Positions 29,536-40,133 of a stretch of 64,000 nt of DNA are shown one piece after another; positions within the stretch are counted from its first letter, which is position 1, and every line of letters starts with the position of its first letter. The notes beneath the pieces were generated by a model. It made no database searches and had not been told where the DNA came from. It worked only from the letters and a program-made list of their open reading frames with translations. Source of the DNA: Candidatus Latescibacterota bacterium (GTDB lineage: Bacteria > Latescibacterota > UBA2968 > GCA-2709665); assembly GCA_965248435.1 (NCBI GenBank), contig OZ252100.1, positions 1,472,001 to 1,536,000 of the forward strand, given 5' to 3'. The position numbers and the translations under genes were made by a program.

Positions 29536-30501
29536 TTATTCCCGCAATCCTGCCAATATCTTCTCCGCCAGCTCCATCGTCTTGACCGCCTCGTCCAGGT
29601 TCGCGGCCGGAAAAGTGATCGGACGATCCTCTTTGACGCAGTCGATGAAAAATCGGTCCTGTCTGGTCGTGGAATTGTCGTCCGCGTCGGATCGGTTCTC
29701 TCCCTCTCTGGTTTCCGGTTTCTTGTCCACGTAGATCGTGCATTGCTTGATTCCCTCGAGATAGGCTGAAATGCCGTCCCCGTGGATTTCGTAGCTTTCG
29801 CGCCTGTTGCCCGTTGTGAGGTTGAAGATCAGACTCGCGATACATCCGCTTTCGAACAGAACGGTCGCCGCGTGAACGTCCTTGTATGGAGTGATCGACC
29901 GCCGCACGATGCTCTGCACCTCGGCGACATCAGACTCCGCGAGCCCGCGAACGAGATCGATCGAGTGAATCGGCGATTCCCAAATGTAGTTGTCCAGCAG
30001 ATCCTCAGGAAACCTTCCCTGGCTCGCCTGGCCCACAATGTTCTTGTGAAACTCGCCCGTCATTTGGGTCACAGGCCCGCGGGCCCTCACCCGCTCGTAG
30101 GCCCACGTGACGTAGGGATTGAATCTGCGATCCCAACCGACCATCCCCTTCGCCCCCGTTTTCGCAGCTGCGTCTCGCAGCCCCCGCGTCTCGGCGGCAC
30201 TCATCCCGGGCGGTTTCTCCATAAGCGTATCTATCCCCTGCTCCAGGCAGGGCAGGGCAGCTTTCGCATTCAGAAACGCCGGCGTGGCGACGACGACCGC
30301 ATCCAGGTCCTCCTGGTCGAACATCTCTTCCGAGGAAGCATACCTTCCCTTTACATAATATTGATTGCCGGCTGCTTCCCTGGATTCTTCCACCGGGTCG
30401 CAAACCGCGACAAGGTCCACGTCTTCAAGGTCGTCCATAGCCTTGATATGATTCTTGCCCCTCCCACCACACCCGATCACTGCTACCCTCACTCTAGACA
30501 T
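29536..30501 (-). CDS. Gfo/Idh/MocA family oxidoreductase
   Basis: VAVIGCGGRG, MEKP, GWDRRF, IHSID. Confidence 0.92.
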   Translation of the reverse strand: MSRVRVAVIGCGGRGKNHIKAMDDLEDVDLVAVCDPVEESREAAGNQYYVKGRYASSEEMFDQEDLDAVVVATPAFLNAKAALPCLEQGIDTLMEKPPGMSAAETRGLRDAAAKTGAKGMVGWDRRFNPYVTWAYERVRARGPVTQMTGEFHKNIVGQASQGRFPEDLLDNYIWESPIHSIDLVRGLAESDVAEVQSIVRRSITPYKDVHAATVLFESGCIASLIFNLTTGNRRESYEIHGDGISAYLEGIKQCTIYVDKKPETREGENRSDADDNSTTRQDRFFIDCVKEDRPITFPAANLDEAVKTMELAEKILAGLRE

Positions 30502-30544
30502 TCCTGATTCTCCCCTTTTGACACGTTACGTAACCAATTACCGG

Positions 30545-30657
30545 ATTCTGGAGTATTGCAGTACTGGAGTGATGGAGTATTGGGAAATAACTCGGCAGTA
30601 TCTCAGCCCCAATTTTCCATTGACCCAAATACTCCAATACCCCATTACTCCAGCATT
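30545..30657 (+). repeat. Octamer-periodic hairpin element copy 2
   Basis: Same 25-bp head as 29391; inverted arm caaatactccaataccccattactccagc. Confidence 0.85.
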
Positions 30658-30670
30658 CGCGCTTTTTTCC

Positions 30671-31675
30671 CTATTTCTCCTTCAGCGCGCTGTTCCCCTG
30701 GATGCTACACCCGGCATACAGCACCTGCTGCACGGCTATGTCGTGTCCCAGGCTGTAGTCCGGCTCTTTTTCTCCGCGGATGCAGGCCGCGATCTCGCGC
30801 AGCAGAGACGGGAATTCAGGCGAACGCTCGAGCTTCAGTTCCTGCCACCCCTCCTTGTAGCCCTCCGATGCCGTTTCCAGGCAGAGTTCCAGATTTGGTG
30901 AGCCGATCCCGGCGTTGATCGCCGTTCCCCCCGTTCCGTGCACCTCGATGCGCCGCGCCATCCCGATCTCCATGCCTGCCATGTCGATCGTCCCCAGTCC
31001 ACTCCCGAACTCGTGCACGACAACGGCATTGTCCACTTCTCTCCGGTTGCCGTAATGTTTCCGAAGAACAGGATGAACCTCGGTCGGCTCGTCCATCAGC
31101 GTCACCATGATATCCACAAGATGCCCCGCCATCTCGAAATAGATCCCGCCTTCGTAGACGCTGAATTCAGAATCCAGCTCCGGGTGCCACGATTTGGGTT
31201 TGGGGATGTGTCCCCGGAAATAAAAAATGTCTCCCAGCACACCAAGGCGTGCGAGGCGCAAGATCTCATGAACAGCGGGACTGTAACGCCACATGTAGGC
31301 CATATGAAGGCGAAGCCCCTTGCGGACGGATAGATCCTGAATCCGCCGATACTGCTCGAGATCCACACCGGCCGGTTTTTCCAGCAGCACGTGCTTGCCC
31401 GCCTCGAGGGCCATTTCGGCATAGTCCAGATTTTGGTAGACGTGCCCCTCCGTGATCACGATCTCGGCGTCACTTTCAAGGACAGCTTCAGCAGACGGGA
31501 AAACCTTGATATCCGAAAACAGTTCCTTCCACCTCTCTTGATTCTTCGATATCACCGCTGGATCCGGATCATACATTCCGAGCAGCTGGATCTCGTCCGG
31601 TCGTTCCGCCGCCTCCCTGACGTGCATCACCGCGTGACTGTGCCAGGCACCCAGAAAAGCGAATTTTATTGGCAT
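30671..31675 (-). CDS. Gfo/Idh/MocA family oxidoreductase
   Basis: GKHVLLEKP, YMWRY, EMAGHLVD. Confidence 0.9.
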   Translation of the reverse strand: MPIKFAFLGAWHSHAVMHVREAAERPDEIQLLGMYDPDPAVISKNQERWKELFSDIKVFPSAEAVLESDAEIVITEGHVYQNLDYAEMALEAGKHVLLEKPAGVDLEQYRRIQDLSVRKGLRLHMAYMWRYSPAVHEILRLARLGVLGDIFYFRGHIPKPKSWHPELDSEFSVYEGGIYFEMAGHLVDIMVTLMDEPTEVHPVLRKHYGNRREVDNAVVVHEFGSGLGTIDMAGMEIGMARRIEVHGTGGTAINAGIGSPNLELCLETASEGYKEGWQELKLERSPEFPSLLREIAACIRGEKEPDYSLGHDIAVQQVLYAGCSIQGNSALKEK

Positions 31676-31720
31676 GTGATTCTCCGTCTGTTTTATATCA
31701 CCGTTTCTCTTGCCAGATTT

Positions 31721-32022
31721 GTCATTCCGCTGAGGAACGAGCCCTGGAGGAATCTACTCGCTGAACATTTTGGTGACGTGCCAGTTGATGCATTTCCTGT
31801 TGAGATCCCTCCCTTTGGCTCGGGAGGACAGACGGGCCGCAGGCCTGGTGATCACCACCTAATTTACAGCCGATTTTGTCATTCCGAGTTGCCCTCGGCA
31901 GTTTGACGACGCCTCGGGATGAAGGTCAAGCAAAGCTGCAACGAGGAATCTCAACAGTGAATATCTTACCGAACAGCAAGCGTGCGGGCACAAAAATCGG
32001 GCGAGTTTTTCCCGACTCGCCC
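31721..32022. repeat. Cluster of REP-like GTCATTCCG...GGAATCT elements and GGGCGAGT/ACTCGCCC palindrome
   Basis: gtcattccg...ggaatct at 31721-31755 and 31878-31952; gagatccct...ggaggaca at 31802-31830; palindrome at 31999-32022. Confidence 0.55.
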
Positions 32023-32057
32023 TCGTTTGAAAACCGAGATCGCCCGGCCCCGGAACC

Positions 32058-32702
32058 TCAACCCCCTCCTGCCCACCTCACCCCCTGTGTGACGAGCTTC
32101 TGCACCGCCGGGACCCTGAACGTATCGGGTCCGTGCCCCAGCGCCGTATAAAAGACGCGTCCGTCCCCATAGGGCTTCACCCATGCCATCGGATGCGACT
32201 TCTCGTAGCATTCTGCGGAGCCCAGCACGTGGATCGCGGGATCGTATGCGGACATGTAGATCTCATCCGTGACTTCGAAGTCGCTCAGCTCCTGAGTAAC
32301 CGGGTGGCCCTCGTCTTCGATACGAACCGTAAAGGTCGATCCCTTGGGATGCCAGTTCGCGTGGCCGCCGAGCAGATCCACTGCGCGGCCACCGATACAC
32401 CACGCCGTCCCGTGAACTCCGGCAATCCCTTTTCCGCCGTTCACAAACTCGAGAAGTCCTTCTTCCTGCTCCGGCGCCAGGTCCGGCTCAACTCTCCTCG
32501 AGCCGTCCGGATCCCGCACAAAACGGGTGAACCCCGTACCGAACACGCAGACATCGAACGCGTCCATCTCGCTCGAGGCAAGCGTCCCCTTTTCCTCCGT
32601 CAGCGTCACGGCGAGATCGTCCTGCTCGCTCAGAAACGCTTCGATGACCCCTGCGCTTTTTTCGAACCCGTGGTTGGGACCAGACAGGATCAAGACATTC
32701 AT
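32058..32702 (-). CDS. ThuA-domain protein (class I glutamine amidotransferase-like fold)
   Basis: GGKGIAGVH, HPVT, DEIY, PMAWVKPYGDGRVFYTALGH. Confidence 0.9.
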   Translation of the reverse strand: MNVLILSGPNHGFEKSAGVIEAFLSEQDDLAVTLTEEKGTLASSEMDAFDVCVFGTGFTRFVRDPDGSRRVEPDLAPEQEEGLLEFVNGGKGIAGVHGTAWCIGGRAVDLLGGHANWHPKGSTFTVRIEDEGHPVTQELSDFEVTDEIYMSAYDPAIHVLGSAECYEKSHPMAWVKPYGDGRVFYTALGHGPDTFRVPAVQKLVTQGVRWAGGG

Positions 32703-32748
32703 GAACGAATCTCCTCAGGTCGATGGTCTTTCTCAGGAAGGTCGCGAC

Positions 32749-32777
32749 ATAATAAACCTGGAGAGCATGGATGTCAA
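32749..32777 (-). promoter_or_regulatory. Sigma-70 promoter for the ThuA gene
   Basis: Minus strand TTGACA-N17-TATTAT about 47 bp upstream of the start. Confidence 0.7.
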
Positions 32778-32884
32778 GCGACGTTTCCCCTTTGACTTCC
32801 TTGAAAGTCGCGTTAACCTTAAGAGACTCAGCCTTTCTGACGAACATCCGTTTGCGGTACCCGGTACCCGTGTTTGATTTTCCC

Positions 32885-32906
32885 GGGGCGACGCCTGCGT
32901 CGCCCC
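32885..32906. repeat. REP-like palindrome
   Basis: GGGGCGACGC-CT-GCGTCGCCCC; next to a CGGTACCCG duplicate at 32855-32870. Confidence 0.6.
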
Positions 32907-32985
32907 AAAACCGTCAGGTCTCTGTAGCCGATCTGCCGTATCCCTGTACCCGGTCTCTTTTGCCTCTTTGTAGTAAATCTCCTGA

Positions 32986-33951
32986 TTGAGGAATGATAGA
33001 GCTTTGAGAGTCGTCGTGATACGAACCGGCGGGATCGGAGACGTCGTTTCTACCCTCCCTGTGCTTCAGAGCCTGAGTAGGGCCGTATTGCCCGAAAATC
33101 TGTGTGTGATCGGCAACGCGGAAACGCTCAGTCTTACCGAGGACTGCATCTGCAGTATCCACTCCATCGACCGGGCAGACTGGGCGCCGTTCTTCGTGGA
33201 GGACGGGCGCCTCCCTTCAGTCCGAGTCGATGAATTGACTGAAACAGATCTGGTCCTCTCCTACCTTCCGGACCGGGTGGGCCACTTCGCGGAGAATCTA
33301 AGGCGGGCAGGCGTCCACAGGGTGGTCTTCCACAATCCGCACCCGCCGCGAGACGGCACGGTCCACATCGTGGATCACCTGTTGAAACCTCTTTTTGATC
33401 TCGGCATCGAGATCACGAGTCACGCGCCCTTGATTTCGGTCCGCGAAAGCGAGCGCGACGATGCGCGACGTCTCCTCGAGGCGGAGCCCTGCTTCGTCAT
33501 TCACCCCGGCAGCGGCGGCGTGCACAAATGCTGGCCGGCCGAACGCTTCGCGAAGGTCGCCGATCGGATCAGCCGGGAGTTCGGTCATCGTATCATCCTG
33601 CTATCTGGCCCGGCAGATGGCGACAGGGCGGAGCAGGTCGCGAATGACATGAGAACAGATCCGGTCCGCCTCCACCATCCACCACTGCGGCTCCTGGCGG
33701 CGGTTTTACACGAAGCTGTGGCCTACCTCGGCAACGATTCCGGGCCTTCCCACGTGGCTGCAGCGGTCGGCGCCCGGGCCGTCGTCCTCTTCGGTGCCAC
33801 CGACCCGCGGATCTGGGCCCCTCGCGGAAAGTCGGTGAAGATAGTCGAAGGGGAACGTAACCTGGATATGGAGGATCGACTTGAATCTATCTCGGGGGAT
33901 CGCGCAGTCGAGGCCGTTGTACAGGTCTTAGAAAGCATGACCGGAAGTTGA
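32986..33951 (+). CDS. Glycosyltransferase family 9 (ADP-heptose:LPS heptosyltransferase-like)
   Basis: GGIGDVV, HPGSGG..KCWP, YLGNDSGPSHVAAAVG, LFGATDP..WAP. Confidence 0.93.
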   Translation: MRNDRALRVVVIRTGGIGDVVSTLPVLQSLSRAVLPENLCVIGNAETLSLTEDCICSIHSIDRADWAPFFVEDGRLPSVRVDELTETDLVLSYLPDRVGHFAENLRRAGVHRVVFHNPHPPRDGTVHIVDHLLKPLFDLGIEITSHAPLISVRESERDDARRLLEAEPCFVIHPGSGGVHKCWPAERFAKVADRISREFGHRIILLSGPADGDRAEQVANDMRTDPVRLHHPPLRLLAAVLHEAVAYLGNDSGPSHVAAAVGARAVVLFGATDPRIWAPRGKSVKIVEGERNLDMEDRLESISGDRAVEAVVQVLESMTGS

Positions 33952-34069
33952 ACTCATTTCTTCGAGATACGAAATACGAGATGCGGGCCTCGGGATCTTG
34001 ACCTCGGAAGCATATTGGTTATCTTACTGTGCAATATTTCCACCCAAAACTGATCAGGAGTTTCCCCAT

Positions 34070-34432
34070 ATGTCCAAAGCCCTGCTCATCGTAGATCACG
34101 GGTCGGTGAAAGAAGAAGCAAACCGAATGCTCGAAGACGTCGCAGAGCTCGTCCGCCGTAAACGGCCGGATCTGATCGTCCATATCGCGCACATGGAGCT
34201 TGCCGAGCCGACGATCGAACAGGGCGTATCGGCCTGCGTCGAAGATGGTGCCACTGAAGTGATCGTACACCCCTACATGCTCTCGCCGGGACGACACGCA
34301 ACCACGGACATCCCATCGATGGCCCAGGATGCGGTTCAAGGTTTTCCGAATCTCAAATTCAGCGTCACAGGACCCCTCGGGCTCCACGACAAGATTGGCG
34401 AGGTCGTCCTGGAACGCGCCGGCCTCCTCTAA
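34070..34432 (+). CDS. cbiX: CbiX/SirB-type small chelatase
   Basis: LIVDHGS, AHMELAEP, PYMLSPGRH...DIP, PLGLH; start at ATG after AGGAG. Confidence 0.88.
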   Translation: MSKALLIVDHGSVKEEANRMLEDVAELVRRKRPDLIVHIAHMELAEPTIEQGVSACVEDGATEVIVHPYMLSPGRHATTDIPSMAQDAVQGFPNLKFSVTGPLGLHDKIGEVVLERAGLL

Positions 34433-34481
34433 CACAGCTTCATTCGTCCCGTCTCCATTACATTTTTTCGATTGGTCTCTC

Positions 34482-35657
34482 ATGCGCTCTACCCGGATGA
34501 AGGGTGTGTGGTATGTCGGCCTCGCCCATTCCGCGATGGACTTCTACATGACCCTCTTCCCCCCGCTCCTGGCCTTCTTCAAGGCCTACTTCAATCTTTC
34601 GATTGTTCAGGCTTCACTTCTCCCCGCCTTTTCCTCCGCCTGCGGATCGTTTCCCCAGCCCTTCATGGGTTACTTCAGCGACCGTAGAAACCGCCTGACC
34701 CTTGCGATCTTGGCGCTGATCGTCACCGCGTTCGGTGCCTCCTCCATCGGGTTTGCTCCTTCTGCGGTAATCCTCGCCTGTCTCCTTGCCGTTGCAGCGG
34801 TCGGCTCTTCGCTCTTTCACCCCACCGCAGGGGGACTCGTCACCTCCATCAACCCCACACGCTCCAATTTCAGCCTGGCACTCTTTCTGACGGGCGGCAG
34901 TCTTGGAATGTCCATCGCCCCTATCGCTGGGACTCAGATCGTCGAACGCCTCGGGCAGCAATTTCTGTGGATCGCGATCTTTCCAGGTCTGGCGGTCATA
35001 CTGTTCCTCCTTCGCCTCGACCGGACGGAGTTCGCGCCCGCAGGCAGGAGACCCGCCGGGCGTGTTAACCTCGCGCTCCTTCGAACGCCCGGACTCCGAC
35101 CCTTGTGGGTCCTTTACGCCATCGCGGTGCTCCGATCCACGGTCGGGTTCTCGTTCTACAGCTTCACATCACTCCTGCTCACGGCAAGAGGGGAGTCCAA
35201 CGCCAGCATCGGCTGGATCATTTCAGCATATCTCCTCACGGGCACAGTCGGTCGGATCGTGGGCGGATACGTGGGAGATCGCGTCACGCCCCGCAAGCTC
35301 CTTGCCTTTTCGGTGGTCAGTTCCACCCCCTTCCTCGTGGCCTTCGCGCTGTTCGAAGAACCCTCTGCCTTCCTTTTCCTGATCTTCGCCGGTTTCTTCG
35401 GCGAGCTTGGCGCATCCACGAACATCATCCTCGCACAGCGGACGCTGCCTCAGAACGTAAGCACCGCCACGGGCGTCGTGATGGGGCTGTCCTGGGGGAC
35501 CTCCGGACTTATGCTCCCCCTCGTCGGGATGCTCGCGGAGACGACATCCATCTCTGTCGCACTCTCCTACGTCTCCCTCCTCCACCTATTTGCGGCCCTG
35601 CTCGTCATGGCCCTTCCTGCGAGTGCCCAAGGCGAAGTTGAGCAGGCACGTGTGTAG
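34482..35657 (+). CDS. MFS transporter (Fsr-like)
   Basis: AHSAMDFY, QPFMGYFSDR, SLFHP, GGYVGDR; about 12 TM segments. Confidence 0.9.
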   Translation: MRSTRMKGVWYVGLAHSAMDFYMTLFPPLLAFFKAYFNLSIVQASLLPAFSSACGSFPQPFMGYFSDRRNRLTLAILALIVTAFGASSIGFAPSAVILACLLAVAAVGSSLFHPTAGGLVTSINPTRSNFSLALFLTGGSLGMSIAPIAGTQIVERLGQQFLWIAIFPGLAVILFLLRLDRTEFAPAGRRPAGRVNLALLRTPGLRPLWVLYAIAVLRSTVGFSFYSFTSLLLTARGESNASIGWIISAYLLTGTVGRIVGGYVGDRVTPRKLLAFSVVSSTPFLVAFALFEEPSAFLFLIFAGFFGELGASTNIILAQRTLPQNVSTATGVVMGLSWGTSGLMLPLVGMLAETTSISVALSYVSLLHLFAALLVMALPASAQGEVEQARV

Positions 35658-35754
35658 GCTATGATGCTCCAGTCTTACGATCCACGAACAACGATCCACG
35701 AGCGACGGTCCTTAAGTTGACAGAATCGCGGCAAAGTGGGTTATTTTGATCCAT

Positions 35755-38700
35755 ATGTCTAAAAGATCTCCTATAAACTCCCTGCTGATCCCCATCTTGA
35801 TGTTCGCGTTGCCCCCTGTCGCAGAAGCCGAGGAACTCCTCTATTCTCCCGGCCAGATCCTGGTCAAGTTCAGAACACCCGCCTCAAAGCCCTCGCAGGA
35901 CCAGCTCCAGGACTTAGCCCGGCGATTCGGCGCCCAGGTTCCTGAACCCCTCTTCCCCGGCCCGCTCCGCCTCTCCAAACCGGTCTTGAATCTCCATCAG
36001 GTCTACCGCATCCGCATCCGGCCTGACGTAGACCCGCGAGAGGCCTCCGTCGCCTACGCAGCCCTCCGGGAGGTCGCCTACGCCCAGCCGAATCACCTCT
36101 TTCGACCGGTCCAGGCGCCAAACGACGAACGCTTCTCCGAACAGACCGGACTCTCGAACATCCACTGGCAGGAACTATGGGATAGGTTGGGCCCGAAACA
36201 GCAGGAAGTTGTCCTCGCCGTCATCGATTCCGGAATCGATACCGACCACGAAGACCTCGCGGAGAACATCTGGACGAACAAGGCGGAAGTCGAGGGACAG
36301 CCCGGTGTGGATGACGACCGGAATGGCTACGTCGACGACGTAAGCGGGTGGGACTTCTCGGATGCGCCCGACCTTCCCGCGAAGGGGGATTTCCTGACTC
36401 GGGACAACGACCCCTCCGACGAATCGGGTCACGGCACCCTCGTCGCCGGGATCGCCGCCGCGCGCGCTGACAATGGGGTCGGCATCGCCGGCGTGGCGCC
36501 GGACGCCAAATTGATGGCCCTCAGATGTGGGGTCCTCCTCCAGGCGGGCGGCAGCTTCTTCGAAGAAGACGACCTGGCCGCAGCCATCCTCTACGCCGTG
36601 GAGAACGGCGCCGATGTCATCAACATGAGCTGGGGCAGTTCGGAGCGGGCCTTTCTGATCCAGGACGCGATCCGCTACGCGTCGATCAACGGATGCGTGC
36701 TCGTGGCCGCCGCGGGCAACGAAGGGGAGTCCGGACTCTCTTATCCCGCGGCCTTCGACGAAACGATCGCCGTTGCTGCCACCGACCGAAACGATCTTGT
36801 CGCCAGTTTCAGCAGCAGAGGGTCGGGGCTCGATCTCTCGGCCCCGGGAATCAACATCCTGAGCACCCTGCCGGGCGACACCTACGGCTTCAGTTCCGGC
36901 ACCTCCTTTTCGGCGCCTCACATCTCCGGCCTGGCCGCGCTTCTACTTTCCCGGCGTCCCGAACTCACACCCGATCAGGTCAGATCGCTCCTGTCCGCTG
37001 CGACCGTAGACCTCGGCCCAGACGGCTGGGATGAGACGTTCGGTGCGGGGAGGATCGACGGTCTCGCCCTCTTGTCTCCCCTTTCGAGCCCGGACGCGCC
37101 CGCAACGGTCCAGATCCGCGCGCCGGGTGCGGACGCCGGGGCGGAGTCTGAATTCACCGTCCTCGCATCGGCCTCCGGTCAGGAAGTCACCGTTTACCGG
37201 ATCTCCTGGGGGCTCGGTCGCTCTCCTTCATCCTGGTCACCCCTCGATGAAGGTCCATCCTCGTCCGAAATTGAAGTCTCGTGGGATGTCTCCTCCCTGC
37301 CCGACACATCCGCGGTGCTGCGGCTGGAAGCCGACCTCGAAGACGGCAGGACACTCGAAGACCGTGTCCCCGTCTTCGTACGCCGATCCGCTCCCTCGAT
37401 CACAGGAATCGTGATCGGTCAAATCCTGGATCGTGATCGCAGGGTCTACGAAGTCCGCTGGCGCACGGATCAGCTCACAGAGGGGGTTGTCCTGTTTAAG
37501 CCCCTCGACGCGACCGAGGAAGACACGCTCTCCCTGGGATTCATCGACAGCACACATACGGCCAGGCTGCCTCAGGATTTGGCCGACGGACCTCTGCAGA
37601 TTCGCGTTCGGTCTGCGGGATCCTCCGGGAAGACCGTGCTCAGCGAACCCGACACCGTCACAGTCTCACCCCTTCTCGTTCAACGCGAAGGCTTCATAAA
37701 GGTCACGGAGCTGCCCGACGGTTTTCTCGCCGATCGGCCCTCGGATTTCGACGGCGACGGACTCGCAGAAATCGCGCTCATGCCCTACGTCGAAGGCCAG
37801 CCCTTCAGTCCGGTCCTGATCTACGAACAGACGGCGGAAGGTGAGTTTGCTCAGGTCTTTGAAAGCAGCGAAACCTTCCTGCCGTGGAGTGTGGGTGATG
37901 TCGACAACGATGGAAACCCGGACCTGCTCGGCTCTGAGCTGAGTAGACTTCGACTATTTACAGGCGGCCCCTTTCCGTCCACCCAGGTCCTGCAGCGGAC
38001 CCAGACCTGGGGCGGCGAGATCGCCGACCTGGACGGGGATGGGAAGAACGAAATCATCGCCCGCTCCGCCGTGATCCCGGGAATCGAAGTCCTCGAACAA
38101 GCATCCGACGGCGTGATCCGCGAGGTGACCTCCCTCTTCGACCCCACATCGGGCTCGGGTGACATTGGGGCGCGGTTCGTCATCGCCGATCTGGACGGCG
38201 ACGGAAGGAACGAACTCCTGGGAGGGGACGCGGACGGAGACCTCTGGGTCTTCGAATCGGACGGTGATGACAGCTATCGGTCCACGTGGAAGCTGGAAGG
38301 GGACGACGATACGGACGTGCGCTGGGTCGGCGGCGGCGTGGACCTGGATGGCGACGGGCAGATCGAATTTGCCGCCGCACGCGCGTCGGAGGACCCGACA
38401 GATCCGCTCAACGGGTTCTGGGACCTCGAGATCTACAGCGCGTCGGGTGACGACGCCTTTGCCCTCGAATGGACTACACGGATCACCGGGGTATCCACGA
38501 CAGGAAACGGGATCTCCGCTGGCGACGTGGACGGAGACGGAACCTTCGACCTGGCCGTCTGTCTCCTGCCCGACCTCTACATCTTCAGGTCTGATGGACC
38601 GGACGTCTACAGGCCGATCTGGTACAGCCCCGCCGGTCTCACCCACCGTCCCGTGATTGCGGACCTGGACGGTGACGATCGAACTGAAATCCTCTTCAAT

Positions 38701-39483
38701 CGTGACGGTGCCGTACAGGTCCTGGAGTGGGACGCACCGTTGAGGGAGGTCGTTTCACCCGAAATCCTCAGTGCGCGCCCGCTCGGACGAGACCGGGTCC
38801 AGCTCACCTGGGTGAAAACGCCAGAGGCCTCCGGCTATCGCCTACTCAGAGGCACCGACGCCGAAACGCTGGTGGCTCTGGAGGAAGGGCTGGTCGTGAC
38901 GGCGTTCATCGATACGACCGTTTTGGAAGGGCAGCTCTACTTCTACGCCATCGAAGCGATCCTGGGAGGTGAGGACAGCGTTCGATCTGGATCCGTATCC
39001 GTCCGTCCAGACGCCCCTCCCCAACTCATCCGATTGGATCCGATCGAAAACCGGCTCCACATCACGTTCAACCAGCCGATGGCTCCCGAAGCCGCCGATC
39101 CCGACAGATACTCCGTTCTACCCGGTGTCGGGCGCCCTGAATCCGCCATCCTCGACCAAGCCGGGATGCGAATCGTCCTCTCGTTCCCCGTCCCCTTCAT
39201 CGACGCCACAGACTACACGCTCCTGATCGGCGACGCGACCGACACGTCGGGCGTCCCCCTGGATACACCGTCGCAGACTACCCCCTTCACCCCGGGCCGA
39301 TCCGTTTACCCGGCGGCGAGCATCGCCGACTTTGACGATGACGGATCGGTTGGGTTCCTGGACTTCGTCCTCTTTGCATTGGCCTTCGAAAGCGCCGATC
39401 CCGATTTCGATCTGGATGAGGACGGCGCCGTCGCCTTCTCCGACTTCCTGCTGTTCGCCCTCATGTTCGGTCAAACGATTTAG
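35755..39483 (+). CDS. Secreted S8 subtilisin-like protease with FG-GAP repeats, FN3/Ig-like domains and C-terminal dockerin-like EF-hand pair
   Basis: Signal peptide; catalytic IDSG, GHGT, GTSFSAPH; many DxDGDG repeats; terminal ADFDDDGSVGFLDF...DLDEDGAVAFSDF. Confidence 0.93.
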   Translation: MSKRSPINSLLIPILMFALPPVAEAEELLYSPGQILVKFRTPASKPSQDQLQDLARRFGAQVPEPLFPGPLRLSKPVLNLHQVYRIRIRPDVDPREASVAYAALREVAYAQPNHLFRPVQAPNDERFSEQTGLSNIHWQELWDRLGPKQQEVVLAVIDSGIDTDHEDLAENIWTNKAEVEGQPGVDDDRNGYVDDVSGWDFSDAPDLPAKGDFLTRDNDPSDESGHGTLVAGIAAARADNGVGIAGVAPDAKLMALRCGVLLQAGGSFFEEDDLAAAILYAVENGADVINMSWGSSERAFLIQDAIRYASINGCVLVAAAGNEGESGLSYPAAFDETIAVAATDRNDLVASFSSRGSGLDLSAPGINILSTLPGDTYGFSSGTSFSAPHISGLAALLLSRRPELTPDQVRSLLSAATVDLGPDGWDETFGAGRIDGLALLSPLSSPDAPATVQIRAPGADAGAESEFTVLASASGQEVTVYRISWGLGRSPSSWSPLDEGPSSSEIEVSWDVSSLPDTSAVLRLEADLEDGRTLEDRVPVFVRRSAPSITGIVIGQILDRDRRVYEVRWRTDQLTEGVVLFKPLDATEEDTLSLGFIDSTHTARLPQDLADGPLQIRVRSAGSSGKTVLSEPDTVTVSPLLVQREGFIKVTELPDGFLADRPSDFDGDGLAEIALMPYVEGQPFSPVLIYEQTAEGEFAQVFESSETFLPWSVGDVDNDGNPDLLGSELSRLRLFTGGPFPSTQVLQRTQTWGGEIADLDGDGKNEIIARSAVIPGIEVLEQASDGVIREVTSLFDPTSGSGDIGARFVIADLDGDGRNELLGGDADGDLWVFESDGDDSYRSTWKLEGDDDTDVRWVGGGVDLDGDGQIEFAAARASEDPTDPLNGFWDLEIYSASGDDAFALEWTTRITGVSTTGNGISAGDVDGDGTFDLAVCLLPDLYIFRSDGPDVYRPIWYSPAGLTHRPVIADLDGDDRTEILFNRDGAVQVLEWDAPLREVVSPEILSARPLGRDRVQLTWVKTPEASGYRLLRGTDAETLVALEEGLVVTAFIDTTVLEGQLYFYAIEAILGGEDSVRSGSVSVRPDAPPQLIRLDPIENRLHITFNQPMAPEAADPDRYSVLPGVGRPESAILDQAGMRIVLSFPVPFIDATDYTLLIGDATDTSGVPLDTPSQTTPFTPGRSVYPAASIADFDDDGSVGFLDFVLFALAFESADPDFDLDEDGAVAFSDFLLFALMFGQTI

Positions 39484-39618
39484 AATTGGCCAACGTTGGG
39501 TTGTGATCTTCCTTGTAGGCCGCCCGGAGGCATGGTGTTGTGAAGTTCGCGATATAACCCACCCCGCCCCAGGAAGGGACTGGCGTCTCTCAAACTGACG
39601 AAAAAGTTTGCTCGAAAC

Positions 39619-39845
39619 CATCAGGGTCGCGGTGTGCGATTCCGATACAACCAGCTCATTTCTCCTCCCAGCGGGTTGGTTCCTCAGTGATCGCGAGCGC
39701 GTGGTGAGGATTTGGCCTTCCTGCCGTGGACTGTTTATGCCACTGAGGGTGAGGTGCCGCGGCCGGAGCCTCCCCGGCGCTTGAGGGGTGCCCTTCTTTT
39801 GTCCAACTTTTCTTGGGCGAGCAAGAAAAGTTGGCCGCCGGAGGC
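39619..39845 (+). repeat. 227-bp structured dispersed element copy 1 (putative ncRNA or non-autonomous mobile element)
   Basis: Near-identical to 40134-40360, diverged copy at 46377-46603; multiple stems; ends CCAACTTTTCTTGGGCGAGCAAGAAAAGTTGGCCGCCGGAGGC. Confidence 0.9.
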
Positions 39846-39964
39846 AAGGAGTTCGGGAAACGAAACGCCATCAATTGTGGATTGCGGATTTGGGATTGAA
39901 AGGCGGGATCACGAAACAACACGAAATTCCACGAAGGACACGAATGCATAGAGACGTCATCGGG

Positions 39965-40062
39965 AAATCCCCCTCAATCCCCCTTTTCCAAAGGGGGAAG
40001 AATACGTTCCGTGAATCGCCTCCCCCTTTGAAAAGATTCTTCGCCGAATGTTGGGGTTAAGG
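39965..40062. repeat. REP-like CCCCCTTT...AAAGGGGG element
   Basis: aatccccctcaatcccccttttccaaagggggaag and a degenerate partner tccccctttgaaaag. Confidence 0.55.
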
Positions 40063-40133
40063 TAGTAAGCTCTAATTGTAGACTCGCCCGCTTGCCGGCG
40101 TCTCTGTAACTCACGAAATGCATCGCTCAAAGT

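Noticed and set aside
30455-30918. ORFs containing YWSxGVL-type peptides (also 29282-29734, 42603-43532, 51259-51465)
   Set aside because: Artefacts of the octamer repeat element joined to antisense frames
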